In this document: positions 13,741-27,203 of the stretch, piece after piece
Layout of the letters: each line of letters begins with the position of its first letter
How positions within the stretch are numbered: position 1 is the stretch's first letter
Notes under the pieces: model-generated
Database searches by the model: none
Told to the model about the DNA's origin: nothing
What the model saw: only the letters and a program-made list of their open reading frames with translations
Made by a program: the position numbers and the translations under genes
Assembly (NCBI GenBank): GCA_951406725.2
Contig: OX597814.1
Span: 104,966,001-105,030,000, forward strand
Reading direction: 5' to 3'
Origin: Octopus vulgaris
Lineage: Eukaryota
DNA length: 64,000 bases

Positions 13741-14721
13741 GTGTGTGTGTGTGTGTATACACATATATTATACATAAATGTGTATCTAATCTATCTGTGT
13801 CTGTGAGTATTTATACACACATACACATACACATACACATACACGCGGACACATATATATTTATACGTGTGTGTGTTTGTGCGTGCGGGTGTGTTTGCGT
13901 TTCTTTGTTTTTGCTTCCATATATATATATAGAGATAGATAGATAGATGCGAACGAAGACTTTTCTATCGCCCCCTTTCACCCCATCCCTTTCGCTGTAA
14001 CCCTAACCGTCTCACTGCACCGGCAGATGTGTAGCAGTACGGAACCCTTCCTCGTGTTGCCTACAGCAGAGGCATTTCAGAGACAACAGTAGAACATAAA
14101 GAATTTCAATACTATATGACAACACTCTTGACGAAATCACGAAGTATTTCTGTCTCCCTTATGTAAGCAATGGACTCCACCTGATTCCACTAAAAAAGGC
14201 ACCCCAACCCCATCCATACACGGTAAAAATGGTTTGTTGCCAGCAAGACAGATTACAAACAGGCGGCTCTTCGGTTCTGAAAGGACTTTTTAGTCGGAAA
14301 CGATAAAAGACAGTCTGCCGGAACTTTGTCTTTGATTGGAAAGTTCACCACCTCCACGTTCTAGAAGGAAATAAATACACAGTAATATATCTATAATTGT
14401 ATGTATCTATGTATACGCACTTAGAAGTTTGTATATATGTGCGTATGCCTGCATATATATATAGACAGATATAGATATAGATATAGATATATATGTATAT
14501 GCATATATATATTTATATATATATATATGTGCACATATATATATACACTTATATACATACACACACACGTTTATACACACACATATATATATATGCATTT
14601 ATATATATGCATATAATTATAAATAATAAGGGCAAAAATTGATATTAATTTGATTAATATCACTTTGAACTAGTGGCCTAGCATATAGAAAAAATCTGAG
14701 GATTCAGAAAAATTATATTAC

Positions 14722-14806
14722 ATACATATAAGAGGGATGATCACTAGGTGGACATTCAATATGCTAAATGTAGACCCCACCTAGTGGTCATCCCTCTTAT
14801 ATGTAT
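14722..14806. repeat. 30-bp inverted repeat within a probable PLE tail remnant
   Basis: ATACATATAAGAGGGATGATCACTAGGTGG / CCACCTAGTGGTCATCCCTCTTATATGTAT. Confidence 0.65.
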
Positions 14807-14811
14807 ATATA

Positions 14812-14851
<40 letters not shown>

Positions 14852-14897
14852 AATATACTTGCTATATATTTATATATACATATATATATATACATAT

Positions 14898-15262
14898 GCA
14901 AAGGCCCCATATTTTTGGGGAGGGGCAGTCGGTTTGGTACGCAACTGGTACTTACTTTATAGATCCCAAACGGAAGAAAGACAAAGTCGACCTCGGCGGG
15001 ATTTGAACTCAGAACGTAGCGGCAGTCGAAATACCTCTTTCTTTACTACCCACAAGCGGCTAAACACAGATAGGACAAACATGGACAGACAAATGGATCA
15101 AGTCGATTGCATCGACCCCAGTGCGTAACTGGTACTTAATTTATCGATCCCGAAAGGATGAAAGTCGACCTCGGCGGAATTTGAACTCAGAACGTAACGA
15201 CAGATGAAATACCGCTAAGCATTTCGCCCGGTGTGCTAACGTTTATGTCAGCTCGTCGCCTT
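14898..15262 (-). mobile_element. tRNA-derived dimeric SINE (4532 family)
   Basis: Reverse complement of the 4532-4921 family (AAAGTCGACCTCGGCGGAATTTGAACTCAGAACGTAAC). Confidence 0.88.
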
Positions 15263-17569
15263 AGGTGGAACTCATATTATAAGCGTATGGAATGGATTCT
15301 GTTGTCACACAAGTCTACCTTTAATTAGGAACCACTGCTTACCTTCAGGAAGGAAGAAAATCTAACCTTGGAGGCTAGTACGGAAGAGTTTGGTGAAAAG
15401 CATTTTCATCTCAGACCAAACCGTCAATAAATTACTGAAATTACATCTGAGAAACAAGATTAAGGCTCAGAGAAATATGCTGCATTCAAATAAATCTTAT
15501 GTAATATGTGTGAGAAGGGAAGAATTCGTGCTACCAAATTGGTCTGAATTAATTTTGCTACTATAGGCCAGTGGCAAGAATGGAGAGACGGTGCTTTCCC
15601 AATATGTGTGAGGATAATCTGAGGTTGTGTGTGGTGTAACCCGTATCACACAAAATATTTGCCTCTAATTTTGTTCATCTTTAGCTCTTTTGCTAATCCT
15701 TTTTGGCTTCTTAAAGAATTTCTTTTACGCCCTCTAAAACCCTATTTGCTCTCAATTTTCTTTTGTATTTTTGTTTACTCCTAAAATCCTTGAAAATTTA
15801 AAATTAACATTCTGTGACATTATTACTAAATTGCTTACAGTTATCTCCCCTAAAAGAAAATGAAATTTCACCAAAGTTGATTTATCAGACATACACGTAT
15901 GTATTTGTGCGTGAGTCCCCGCGCGTATGTTTAGATGTATGAATCTATGTGCGTTGCTCTATATTGAATTCGAAAGCGTCAACGTGATGATAGACTAATA
16001 TTGGTGTGGGATAAGATATTCCGGTAATTAGGATGTCTGTAAACAGAGGGCTGTTTTTGACACGCTCAGTCTCGGGTAGATGTTTGGGATTCCCGAAATA
16101 CTGCTCGCAACAGATGCCTCCCGTCCAAACATTCGCAGAAACAAGCATAGCAGTGAGTACGATGCCTCAATTACAGGTTGATGTGAGCGAAAGATAAAGC
16201 TGGATAGACAGATAGGCAGGGTGGATAATAAGAGGTGAGAGGGTGACGAAACAGATAACGATACAGCACTACATACATACAAACGTGTGTGTGTGTGTGT
16301 GTGTGTACATGCGTGTACATACATTCATACATATAAGAAAGAGAGGGCGAAATGTCACTGGGAGTTGAAAAGCATTTGGCTGGAAGCTGCCATCTTTTCT
16401 ACATTTGTTGAAAATTTAATGAAAATGCAATTCCGTTTCCTCAATGTGCGAATAAGGTGACACGGGATGTCACAGTTGATGCCAACTTTTCCAAATTAGA
16501 CATATTTTCTCTCTCTCTAACACGCATACACACACACACATACTCTCTATGGTCTATGTTTAAAAGTGTATATGGTGTGTGTGTGTATGTGTGTGTATCT
16601 CTATCAATATATGAATATTTATAAATATACTTACGCAAGCTTGTGCACAATCTCACACACTCATGTATTGGTGTGAGTATATATACATATATGTACATAT
16701 ATATATACACATATATACATATATGTATATATATAGTCAAGTTTGTGTAAACATATACGAGTTATGTGTAAATGTATAAGAATATAAGTATATATAGATA
16801 AATACATTTATGTTTATATACATCCGCAAATGCTTACACACACACACACACACACATACAGATGTATATTAAAAAGTGAAATAAGATTTAGATTTATTTA
16901 ATAAAAGAAAGGGAAATAAAAGAGAGTTGTGGAAAGTTTGACTATTGCTGGTTGTGAATGTATTGCGGCATCAAATGGTAAAATGGTAAATTATCTTTCG
17001 AAGAATTAAAACCCGAAGCTGTTGATATTTAACCTGAGTTTGCCGTTATTCCTGGTAATTCTGCGACGGAAAGTGCCTAGCTTTGAAAATTGAAATTTGG
17101 TGATGGAAACGATTCCTGCAATAATCCGTGAGACTTCAATGTGTCGAAGGCTGTTTGAAGGACTTTAGCTTTTTAATTCCACTCGCAACACAGAGAATTT
17201 CCCGTAGACTTTTTGATGGTTTTGGAATTTACATATTTATATTGGTTTTAAATTTTGACACAAAGTCAGCAATTTGGTGGGCGGAGTGGGGGGGGGGGGG
17301 CAAGACAATTACACCGACCCCAGTGTTACAATTGGTACTTATTTTATTGACGTTGAATGGAACCGTTACTTAAGGGAACGTAACGAAACCAATACCAGGT
17401 GTCCAGCAGTGGGAGAATAGACAAAAACACACGTAATCATTACAACCACCCACGCATATATATGTGTATGTATGTATGTATGTATGTATGTATGTATACA
17501 TACATACATATATATATATATATTATATATATATATATATATGTATGTATATACAAACACACACACACA

Positions 17570-17615
<46 letters not shown>

Positions 17616-17619
17616 CACC

Positions 17620-17730
17620 CATATACAACGGGCTTCCTACATTTTCCGTCTAGCAAATCTACTTAGAGGATTTGGTCAGGCTTTAGTAGAGGACACTTGC
17701 CCAAGGTTTCACGAAGCAGGACTGAACCGA
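17620..17730 (-). mobile_element. SINE fragment (11796 family)
   Basis: CGGGCTTCCT..TTTCCGTCTAGCAAATCTACTT..TTTGGTCAGG..GACACTTGCCCAAGG. Confidence 0.65.
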
Positions 17731-18353
17731 AAACTGCGTAAGATGATTACTATTCGTCGCAAATATTTTGTCCATGAATACGGCTTAGCCGGAGCTGAGA
17801 TTATGCATGGATTTACGTAGGCTTTACGAGAATCCCCAAAAGAGGAGACAAGGATGATGAAGTATTATAATGACAATATAATTCTGTTTCTAACATTAAC
17901 CATCTTTTTTTTTCGAAAATAAATTAATATTAGTTACAAGTTTTCTGTTAACTAAATACACAAAAATGGCTTTTAGAGAACAAAGAGATCCAAAAATAAG
18001 AAACTTGTTTGAAGTCTGAGCAGTAAAAGCGGCATTTATTGCATTAAATAATGTAATTAATAACTGCATTTCCTCGACTTAATTAAATAGGCAAAGGAGA
18101 ATAGAGTTATAACTGACTGTATGTATACATACTTATACACACACACGCATGCAAGCACTCGCTCACGTACAAACACATACATATATACAGTATTTTAGTA
18201 TAAAATACTGCACATCTAAATTTCCTACTCGTGTGTACGTATAAGTGTGTGTGTGTATAGGTGTTTGTGAAGGTGCTTGTAGGTTTCTCTCAAAAAGAGA
18301 GAGACAGAAACACAGATACACGTGTATAGATACATATACACACAAATAGGTAA

Positions 18354-18383
<30 letters not shown>

Positions 18384-18388
<5 letters not shown>

Positions 18389-18591
18389 TAATCCAAAGAA
18401 GAAAACAAAAACAAAAAAACAACAACGCAAGGACGTGGAACAAATAAAGTATTATTGGACGCTCAGGAAAGAAGGGAAGAAGGAGGGTTTGACGTTTTGA
18501 GCGGAGCTCTTCGTCGGAAACATAGGAGAAGGAAAGATCCCGAGAAGGGAAGACGGGAAAAAAATCGATAGTGATACAGACGAGGTCACAT
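18384..18591 (-). repeat. PLE pseudo-LTR-like repeat with HHR motif at 18487-18521; related copies at 23538-23623 (+) and 62870-63050 (-)
   Basis: Minus strand GTTT-CCGACGA-A-GAGC[TCC]GCTC-AAAAC-GTC|AAAC (G12 mutated); tail CTTTCCTGAGCGTCCAATAATACTTTATTTGTTCCAC recurs at 23545. Confidence 0.65.
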
Positions 18592-18596
18592 ACTAC

Positions 18597-18664
18597 TCAA
18601 AATAAGCAACAAGGATATCCAGAGGTACTGCATTACCTCTGGATATCCTTGTTGCTTATTTTGA
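18597..18664. repeat. Perfect 31-bp hairpin
   Basis: TCAAAATAAGCAACAAGGATATCCAGAGGTA-ctgcat-TACCTCTGGATATCCTTGTTGCTTATTTTGA. Confidence 0.85.
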
Positions 18665-18836
18665 CTATAATCATCCCATTTTGAATTATATGGATAATAC
18701 CATACCAAATTCTGGTGCCTTTAACCTAACTAACCTATTTTTAACTTTCTGTATTTTTTGGTTTGAGACATTTTGGAGGTAAAGCAGACAATCGTCGCGA
18801 TAAAGACCTCCACAGATGTCCAGGGGATAAATTAAT

Positions 18837-20436
18837 GTGATATTGACTGCTAGGAAATCCTTCATCCAGTTCGATAGCAAGTTGTGGGTCCGCAGAGATA
18901 CCCCTAATGCGTTCGATGTACTAATAGGAAGTACAGACAGCGCCCAGATAGCCGATGTGCTCGGTATTTATATTCTTTATGAAATGACCGACCAATTCCC
19001 GGACATCTGTGGAGGTCTTTATCGCGACGATTGTCTGCTTTACCTCCAAAATGTCTCAAACCAAAAAATACAGAAGGTTAAAAATAGGTTAGGTTTTTTG
19101 GTAGAATGGGCTTGCACATCGTTTTTGACCATGAGTTAACTAAAGCCAACTTCTTAGACATTACCCTCAATTTACAAAATAATTCATACTTCCCTTACCA
19201 TAAACCCTCCACAAATCTTAAGTATATTAGCCTTTACAGTAATCATGCCAAGCCCGTTACTGATAATTTAGTCAAAAACATATCTTTGAGACTTTCTAAA
19301 TTATCTGCCAATGTTGACATCTTTAACCAAATCGCAGGCTTTTATAACGCCGCCTTGGCAAAAGCCGGCTATAAGGAGAAAGTGTCATACATAGATTCAG
19401 CTCATTCTAAACCAACATCTGCTTCTCCAGATAGAATAGTTACTTGTAATAGGAATAGTAGTTTTAATTCTAATAGTGCCAGCAACACTATGCAAAATAT
19501 AAATTCTTTACGGACCAAGGGAGGTAAGCGCCGTTCAACCCCAAATTTTCAACCCAGTAATTTTCCCCTTACTTTCACAAATAACTCTACGTACAAGTCA
19601 AAGGCCACTAAGAACAGTATCTGGTTCGTAATACCTTTCGGTAAACAAATTAAATCGAACCTTCCCTTACAGTTCCGTGAAGCCGTCGCTATGAACTTTC
19701 CCAGAAATTCTAGATATTATTCGATTATCAATTCCCGCATAGTCAGAATCGCTTTCTCTAACACTAGAAATCTTTCACAAATCATATCTTCTCGCAATAC
19801 CAATCTGCTAAATAAAGGTTCTTCACCCGGGAGTTCCAACATAAATCTTACTAATTCCAACCCATCATACAGTCATACTAATAGGAATAGTATTAATAGT
19901 AATAGCAATGGTAGTAGCGATAGTGTTAACAATGATAATATTAATAATAGTATCAGTCGTGTTAATAACAATGGTAATGTTGATAGTGATAACAATAACG
20001 GAGAAATTACTAATTGTATTACCATTAATAATACTAACAATAATACGAATAGTGGAGTTGCTAGCGCTAATAATAATAGTAACAACAATCATAGCAATAA
20101 AAATTTCGTTTCGATCACGGAGGACAACCCCAACAGAATTAAATTGTTGTCTAGTAATTCTAAGATCGAGAATTCTATTTACCAGTGTAGAAACTCCTCT
20201 GGTACCGATGTCTTCTTCTATATAGGAGCGTCCTCTTCCCAGTTATCCAAGAGAATTTCAAACCATTATTCAACATTCAGGGATAGTAAACAACGACATA
20301 GTACAGGGCTAAGTAAATTAGTTTGGCGTCTTAAAGACAATAATATAGATTTCAAGTTCCCCTTGTAAATACGCTCATAGAGAAATCCTATAAATGTAAG
20401 CACTGGCAGAAACATACTTTTTACTCTTACAAATGA
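18837..20436 (+). pseudogene. PLE RT/GIY-YIG ORF (frameshift near 19092; internal deletion near 20360; terminal ...EKSYKCKHWQKHTFYSYK* ends 20436)
   Basis: ORFs 18837..19139 and 19106..20368 join if the 4 bp retained in the inverted copy are restored. Confidence 0.88.
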
Positions 20437-20713
20437 TTATGATAGGCATCGTGCTTTGAACAATTAGCTTAACATACACTCCACTTCAATAGTGAAATTC
20501 TTTCCAAAGCCTTTGAACATTCTTAATCAACATACCCTTCTCTTTCCACTGGTTCCCTACCTATCATTCCTTTAACCCTTCTCTTCCTACTATCTAACTT
20601 TGACGTCAAATCTTCTAACGGTTTTTTAAAAAAATCACTTATTGTCGTTTTGTTTACCATGTAGGCAGTCATCGAAATTTTTGTTTGTCTTGTTGCCGAG
20701 AGAGGCTCCCTTT

Positions 20714-20795
20714 CTTTCCTGATGAGAAGATTGCATCATACACCCTTTATTCCTTTGGAATGAAAGCATGTGGTCTTCGAAACATATGTCGAGAG
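20714..20795 (+). ncRNA. Canonical type-I hammerhead ribozyme in the PLE 3' pseudo-LTR
   Basis: CTTTC-CTGATGA-GAAGATTGCAT...ATGTGGTCTTC-GAAAC-ATAT-GTC|GAGAG; 11-bp stem II, palindromic ACATATGT stem III, cleavage after C20790. Confidence 0.88.
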
Positions 20796-20998
20796 TAAAG
20801 GAATTTTGTTAACATCTTCGTTCGACTCCATTCTTTCATTTATTCATATATAACACACAAATTTCTGCAAATTAACCCGGAGTTTCTACCCTTGGACAGA
20901 TCGCTTCAACCGTGTTTCTGACGCGAATTTTCTACCCTGGTATCGGTTCAACGAATTTTCCATGCTGACGATAAACATAGGATAATTCATTTACCTAT

Positions 20999-21080
<82 letters not shown>

Positions 21081-21344
21081 CATATACATTTACGAGTATA
21101 AACATACATGTATATATTTCCAGTGTATGTGTGTGCCTCTATGTGTGGGTATATATGCGTTCGTGTTTATACGTTGTGTCGTTAAAAATGCTGCAACTTA
21201 GCAGTACGTCAAATAATTAGGGATAAAATGCATCTCCAAGTTCAAATGAATATTAGGGTCGATGTGTTCTACTCAATCCCTTGTAAGCAGAGCCCTCTCG
21301 TGGCCGAAGTCTCTATGCTGAAACCAGTAAAGAAAAGACTTCAT

Positions 21345-21482
21345 AGTTTCCCAACCACATGGTTCCGAGTTTAGTCCCATTGCGTAGCACCTAGAGCAAG
21401 TGTCTTCTACTATAACCTCGGGGCGGCCAAAGCCTTGTGAGTGGATTTGGTACATGAAATCTGAAAGAAGCCCGTCGTATAC

Positions 21483-21539
<57 letters not shown>

Positions 21540-21605
21540 TGTGTGTGTGTGCGCGCCTCTGTGATTCCCCACCCACCACCATCGCTTGACAACCCCGATG
21601 TCTGT
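21345..21605 (+). mobile_element. SINE (11796 family), partial
   Basis: CCAACCACATGGTTCCGAGTTTAGTCCC...CCAAAGCCTTGTGAGTGGATTTGG..GAAAGAAGCCCGTCG + microsatellite. Confidence 0.82.
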
Positions 21606-21611
21606 CTGTCT

Positions 21612-21760
21612 ATTTGCTTTTTGCATCTAATCGATGTGTTATGCCCGTCGAAGCTGCTCGTGAGATTTGTGCTGTGTATGGAGAAGGAGCAATGCTTCAA
21701 AGTACCGCCCACCTCAAGAGCGGATCACACATCACTCGACCAATTGAGTGCGATGAACCT
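21612..21760 (+). mobile_element. Mariner transposase N-terminal fragment
   Basis: LLFASNRCVMPVEAAREICAVYGEGAMLQSTA, first HTH of mariner transposases. Confidence 0.75.
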
Positions 21761-21799
21761 TGCTCATTGTGTGAAGGTGGTTCACCACAGTTTTTTTTT

Positions 21800-22255
21800 T
21801 AATCACAATCCATCTGTTCCGCCATTACTCTGGTCGTTTGACGTGGAATTTCGTGAAGAAATTGATTCAATCGCTCTTCATCGAACTCAAGTGGTCGACC
21901 GATGTTTGATCCGTCCTTCAGGTCAAAATTCTCATTTTTGAAGCGCGAAAACCAACGGCTGGTGGTACTTTGAGGCATTGATGTTTCGCCATACACAGCA
22001 CAAATCTCACGATAAGCTTCGGCAGGTTTAACACCTCGATTAAATGCAAAAGCAAATGGTGTGGAAAAGGCTCAGTTTTGTCCACTTGACATTCCATTTT
22101 AATATTCTGAAAATACACAAAAATCAATGAAACTAAAAAGAAGTCAAAACACACTGTCCTGTAGAGCAAAAAAACATTCTCTTTCAAACAGCAAAACATT
22201 TTGCCGATGCGTTTTATTTCTGCGTCCATTTTAAAATTTGTTATATAAAAAAAAA
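21800..22255 (-). mobile_element. Mariner 5' fragment (5' UTR + transposase HTH domains)
   Basis: MECQVDKTE..AFNRGVKPAEAYREICAVYGETSMPQSTTSRWFSRFKNENFDLKD..GRPLEFDEERL..RQTTRVMAEQMDC. Confidence 0.88.
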
Positions 22256-22605
22256 AAAACTCGCGAATTATTCCTCGATCCAAAACACATACTTTGAGAC
22301 GCCATCATCGTTTCGCTGCTGGCTGATTGCTGTGCAGTGAATTTGCCTTCAGACGTTAAAATATGCTGCAAACATATTTTAACTAGCCTTAAGTTCGTCC
22401 CCCACCTCCTCTCGCACGCACATACACAGGCAATAGATCTCCGTACATTTTCCATCAAAGAAGTCCCATTTTTTGAGTAGCCAAAAAAATAATGGAAGAT
22501 ATTGGCCTAGGATACCACGCAGTGGTATCGAACTCAGAACCATTTAATTGTAAACCAAACATCGCAAATATGTTAGCGACTGCTAGTTAGGAAGTTTTTA
22601 GTTGA

Positions 22606-22830
22606 CATCATCATCATTGTCGTCATGGTAATCCTCAGCCTCTTCCTTTTCGTCATCATTATTCCCGTTACCACCACCACCACTACCACCAACACCACCA
22701 ACACCAACACCACCACCAACACCATCACCATCATCATCATCATCACCATCATCATAATCGTCCCCATCAGCATCATCGTCCCCATCATCATCATCGTCAT
22801 CATCATCGTCACTATCATCATCATCGTCAC

Positions 22831-22870
<40 letters not shown>

Positions 22871-22882
22871 GTCATCACCATC
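22606..22882. repeat. Compound (CAT)n/(CAC)n trinucleotide microsatellite
   Basis: Direct inspection. Confidence 0.9.
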
Positions 22883-23116
22883 GAAGCGCAGTAATTTGCC
22901 TAAATTGCAAATTGAAACATTTGATATCCAGAAGTTATGGTTTTAATTAACGGTGCAAAAAGAAATTAAGGTTACAATTGCTGCGAATTGAAGAGTTATT
23001 TATTAAAATGCAATCAGCGAATATACATTTAAGGTTCTGAAATAAAAACGGAAAAAAACAACAACAAAACAAATATAACAAAAACGACCACTTGAAAGAA
23101 TCAAACTGCCAGCGAA

Positions 23117-23181
<65 letters not shown>

Positions 23182-23618
23182 TTCTACAAGTTGGGCGCAC
23201 AAAGATTTAGGAATAAATTGATAAATTGTTTTATATATTCGTCTAATGTTGCAGTATTTGGGAAAAGATGTAGAATTTCACTTTGACAAACGCTCACTTT
23301 CTACAGGAACCAACCCACATACATATATACATATGATACGTATGTACATACGCACACAGTTGTATGCATGCAATGCGTACAAACGCTCACTTTGTATAGG
23401 AACGTAGCGCCATACATGTATACACAAATACAAATATACAACCACACGCACACGCACACACACATATTTATATCAGTCTGTATATGTACATGTATAAATA
23501 TCTATATATATACTTATGAGTGTATGTGTACGAATCTCCCTTCTTTCCTGAGCGTCCAATAATACTTTATTTGTTCCACATCCTCGCGTTGTTGTTTTTT
23601 GTTTTCTTGTTTGGATTA

Positions 23619-23682
<64 letters not shown>

Positions 23683-23794
23683 TATATACATATACATGTA
23701 TATATATATATATATACGCACACATACAAGCATACACGCACGTATACATATACATACATGTATATATATATACATATATATCATATATATGTAT

Positions 23795-23827
<33 letters not shown>

Positions 23828-23885
23828 TAGATGTGTGTGTATATATATTCATATATATATATTTATATAATGCATGCAAATGTGC

Positions 23886-23916
<31 letters not shown>

Positions 23917-24357
23917 ACGCTGAGAATTTTCTAAAAGCGACCGTAAATTCATAGATGAGACCAAACACAAAAACACATGCAAAAACATGCATGTACATAT
24001 AATGAGTGCATGTATGCATGCATCTGTAGTCATAGAATCACCTGTGTGCATATACATATACATACATGCATATACACATACATACATATAAATATACATG
24101 TGTGTGAGTGTGTGTGTATATATATATATACATATATATATATATACATATATATATATACATATACATATATGTACACACGAATACAAACATGTACATG
24201 TATATATGTGTTTGTATGTGTATATATTAGCGTATATATTTATATACATAATTATTTATAAATATCTTGATACATATGTGTGTCTATTTTTCACATAACA
24301 TTTATAAGATCTCGTGTTTATATGTGTACGTGTGTTTGTAATTCTCTGGGTATGTTA

Positions 24358-24458
<101 letters not shown>

Positions 24459-24848
24459 TTCAGCTTACAGTTACCCTGCACAAACATACATCAATAAACA
24501 TTAATGCGTGCTCACGTCACACAAACCGGTTCTAAAAGCATCCATAAACACACATAAAATAACAGAAATATACCAAAGTACATTTACAGACACACTATGG
24601 AGGCAAATGCAGAGGAATACACATCTTTAAGAAGAGCGGAATTGGCTGAGAACGTAATCAGATTAGTTGTACAAGAAATGCTGAGTGAGAGACAACGTTT
24701 AAGGAGTGACTATTTGATGTTCACACAGCCTTAGCTCAATTGTCGTACAAATACACAGCGCAAGGTTTGCGATTAGTCATCAGTTTTCTGTCTCCGGAAC
24801 AGGAGAACGTGTGTTATGGAATGGGATATGAGCAGAAAAGTAGAGACA

Positions 24849-25195
<347 letters not shown>

Positions 25196-25473
25196 GGGAA
25201 TTGTAAAAGTTTTAAAGCACTGAAGATTCAGATGTGAGTGACAGAAGTGTAAAGAGAGAAAGAGAGAAAGAAAGAAATGATGGGGAATGGGAAAAGAAAA
25301 AGGTAGAGAGTGGGGAGAGATGAAGAAGTGTGGAGAAACGTCTGTAATGTGAAAGCATTTGAGAATATTTAAACAGCAATGGAAACGGAATATAGAGTCA
25401 TGGATGGTCGGAGATAGGAATATGGATGTGTGTGTGTGTTGTGTTGGTATGCGTGTGTGTCTTGTATGTCTAT

Positions 25474-25586
<113 letters not shown>

Positions 25587-26938
25587 TAATGATAAGATAA
25601 AAATGGAGAAATATCGAGAAGAAACAGAGGGTTGGGTGGCTGAGAAGATCATTTTCCTTCTTTCACACTTGTTCACACTTGAAATCTCATAAAGATTCTT
25701 GTCTCCGCCATGATTCTGGAGTCGGATTTATTGGTCTTGTGAAAGACTTGTTGCAACTGGATAAGCTACGTGTCCGTTTCTCGTCAGTTTATTCAGCAAA
25801 ATAAAATATAACATAACAATAATGATAATAAGAAAAACACAAAGCCAGTGTGATCTGCTGGCATGGCATCGATCACACGGTATATTTATCAGGCTCGTAA
25901 TTAGCTTAGGGGTATCATAATCTTATCTATAGCCTGAGGAGAAATAACGTATCACAAATATCTCGGATTGCGTTCACTTTATAAAATGCTTCGCAAAACG
26001 TTGGTTTATAAATGTAGAGTGGCGCCCTATTGCCAGTTGTTTTCATCCTATATTTTACAGGATATTCTCATTTTCCTACTTCAAATCAAAATATATGTTA
26101 GAGGGAAACCGTCTTCAATCTGTATCTTATTCTCACCAAGGGAATGTCTTTCTAAAGAAATAATTGATGTTTTTGTTCGACTTGTGGTTTGGAATCTGGT
26201 CAGAGAAGTCCTACAAAGAAGGTTTATCTATATATGACTGCCCCAAAACAGTTCCATTGTAGGACCATTCCGTTTTTGCAGATATAGTCGAGCCTGGGAC
26301 TCCATTCTTCAATGTCGAATGTGTGCTTCTTACTCAACTTTGTAAAGGCTCAGGTTGATTTGGTTGCTATTTCTAGCAAGTGCAGGGATCGCTCAGCGAT
26401 TCTCTCACTGGCTATGCACATCCTTGAAGCTTATTGCTCTTCCGAGCATCGAGTTTAACTTAGTGTGGCCTAGAATACAATGTCTGCATTCCATTTGTAT
26501 CTACCAACGCCATCTAGAGGCAATTCCTTCCTTTCTTAGAATAAGGTCGTTGTAAAGTGGAACAGATTTTAGTAAATTTCTCCATCTGTTTATTTTGTAT
26601 TACTTTTTAATACTAAGGTTTGTATAAAAAAAACTGGTAACCTAATTAGCTAATAATTAGCTAATAATTAGCTAATTAACTATTCATATCTTATTACTGG
26701 TACTCAGTAATCAATCAATAATCAACAATTAAAACGTATGGAATGTTCCAGAATGACCGTCTACATTTTAGTTTTAAGCCAGACTTGTGCATACATGCAT
26801 ACACATATACATACATGCACACGGACAGACTGACAAAAAGATAGACGTACATACGCACATACATATATATATAAACATACATATAAATATATCTATACAC
26901 ACAGACATATATAAGTGCATACACAGACACAGACACAG

Positions 26939-27019
<81 letters not shown>

Positions 27020-27157
27020 ATTAACGCATCAAAAGCAGTATTGATACCAAAGCGTAACATTTATCTCCATTTAAAAGTGGGGGTTGTGTTAGTATGCTGC
27101 GACAGTTACCCCGACAGTACCTCTCATATGCTTTTGTGGAGCATATAAGCACTCTGG

Positions 27158-27203
<46 letters not shown>

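Larger units (their letters stand above)
18721..20998 (+). mobile_element. 5'-truncated Penelope-like retrotransposon (RT C-half + GIY-YIG EN + pseudo-LTR), with an inverted internal duplication at its 5' end (18722-18824)
   Basis: GSTDSAQIADVLG, GLYRDDCL, NFLDITLNL, PYHKP, YISLYSNH, IWFVIPF, NSIYQC..FYIGASS..KRISNHYSTF..STGLSKLVWRLKD; intact HHR downstream. Confidence 0.92.

Noticed and set aside
14275-14310. CTGAAAG-GACT..AGTC-GGAAAC hammerhead-like motif
   Set aside because: Core is not CUGANGA and there is no stem III/NUH.
15945-16200. Possible minus-strand exon after a pyrimidine-rich CAG
   Set aside because: No recognisable protein in any frame and no partner exons.
25765-25792. Minus-strand CTGACGA-GAAAC motif
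   Set aside because: No stem II and no stem I pairing.
25960-26560. Ancient RT remnant (LKNGVP-GS)
   Set aside because: Single short motif with no other RT motifs in order.
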